Position numbers and translations under genes: made by a program | In this document: positions 63,619 to 64,000 of the stretch, piece after piece | Layout of the letters: each line of letters starts with the position of its first letter | Position numbering within the stretch: the first letter of the stretch is position 1 | The notes under the pieces: generated by a model | Told to the model about the DNA's origin: nothing | Seen by the model: the letters and a program-made list of their open reading frames with translations, nothing else | The model's database searches: none | Source: a phage | Reading direction: 5' to 3' (one strand) | DNA: 64,000 nucleotides | Assembly (NCBI GenBank): GCA_018015315.1 | Contig: GCA_018015315.1_3629.1

Positions 63619-63903
63619 TTATTTATTGATAGCGTGCAGCGGGAAAGGTGCGCCAGGTTGATAAATAACTTTTACAACCTCATCAGGGCAAAAGAAGTTG
63701 CAGAACTCACCCCGATAAGCTTCCTCTTCTTTCAATTCGTCATCAACATACTCGAAAAAATAATCTACGCTTGGATAGTCCTGCCCGGGGTTGTAGTCAA
63801 CCATTGTAAGCACCAGTTCAAGATCATTGCGGATGATATGCATACCCGCTTTTAAATATTTTGCTTCCATTTTTACTACATCGCCAGCGGTAACAATAGC
63901 CAT
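63619..63903 (-). CDS. hypothetical acidic protein
   Basis: 94 aa; AGGAG RBS. Confidence 0.45.
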   Translation of the reverse strand: MAIVTAGDVVKMEAKYLKAGMHIIRNDLELVLTMVDYNPGQDYPSVDYFFEYVDDELKEEEAYRGEFCNFFCPDEVVKVIYQPGAPFPLHAINK

Positions 63904-64000
63904 GGTTTTAACTCCTGTTCAGGTTAATGATTGATTGGAGGCATCACCTCCTGACAACTCCTATTATCCACATTGTCAGGCTTGATGCAAGCAATTATTT

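Noticed and set aside
1-64000. Prophage boundary, integrase, transposase or rRNA genes
   Set aside because: No integrase/recombinase or transposase motifs, att-like flanks or rRNA-like sequence seen; the gene content reads as a virulent phage throughout.

Overview
This window reads as a contiguous segment of a large virulent tailed phage of an enterobacterial host (the endolysin is a close relative of lambda R; the HPF-like protein and tRNAs are E. coli-like). All calls are from reading the sequence and ORF track by eye; no database search or folding was run. Layout: (1) 1-15.4 kb, minus strand: late structural module in lambda-like head order joined to a contractile-tail module (terminase large subunit, portal, scaffold, decoration, major capsid, head-tail proteins, sheath, tube, chaperones, tape measure), with a spanin pair upstream of the terminase. 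(2) 15.8-16.6 kb, minus: seven tRNA genes, one of them atypical. (3) 16.7-20.5 kb, minus: small genes, a winged-helix protein beside four phased palindromes, and a kinase plus metallophosphoesterase. (4) 20.6-45.7 kb, plus: RNA-ligase-like enzyme, Sir2-like protein, MazG-like protein, DNA ligase, endolysin, nucleases, two adenine methyltransferases, dNMP kinase, ThyX, NrdA/NrdB/glutaredoxin/NrdD/NrdG, PhoH, ClpP-like protease. (5) 46-57.3 kb, plus: about 35 small genes including paralogous families and a ribosome hibernation factor homolog. (6) 57.3-59.9 kb: repeat-rich non-coding region at a transcriptional convergence point. (7) 59.9-64 kb, minus: early-type small genes, each with its own promoter and terminator. 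The strongest candidates for something new are the split RNA-repair gene set next to the tRNA cluster and Sir2-like gene, the phage-encoded HPF homolog, the atypical tRNA, and the repeat-rich non-coding regions. No integrase, CRISPR array, rRNA or small terminase subunit was recognised.
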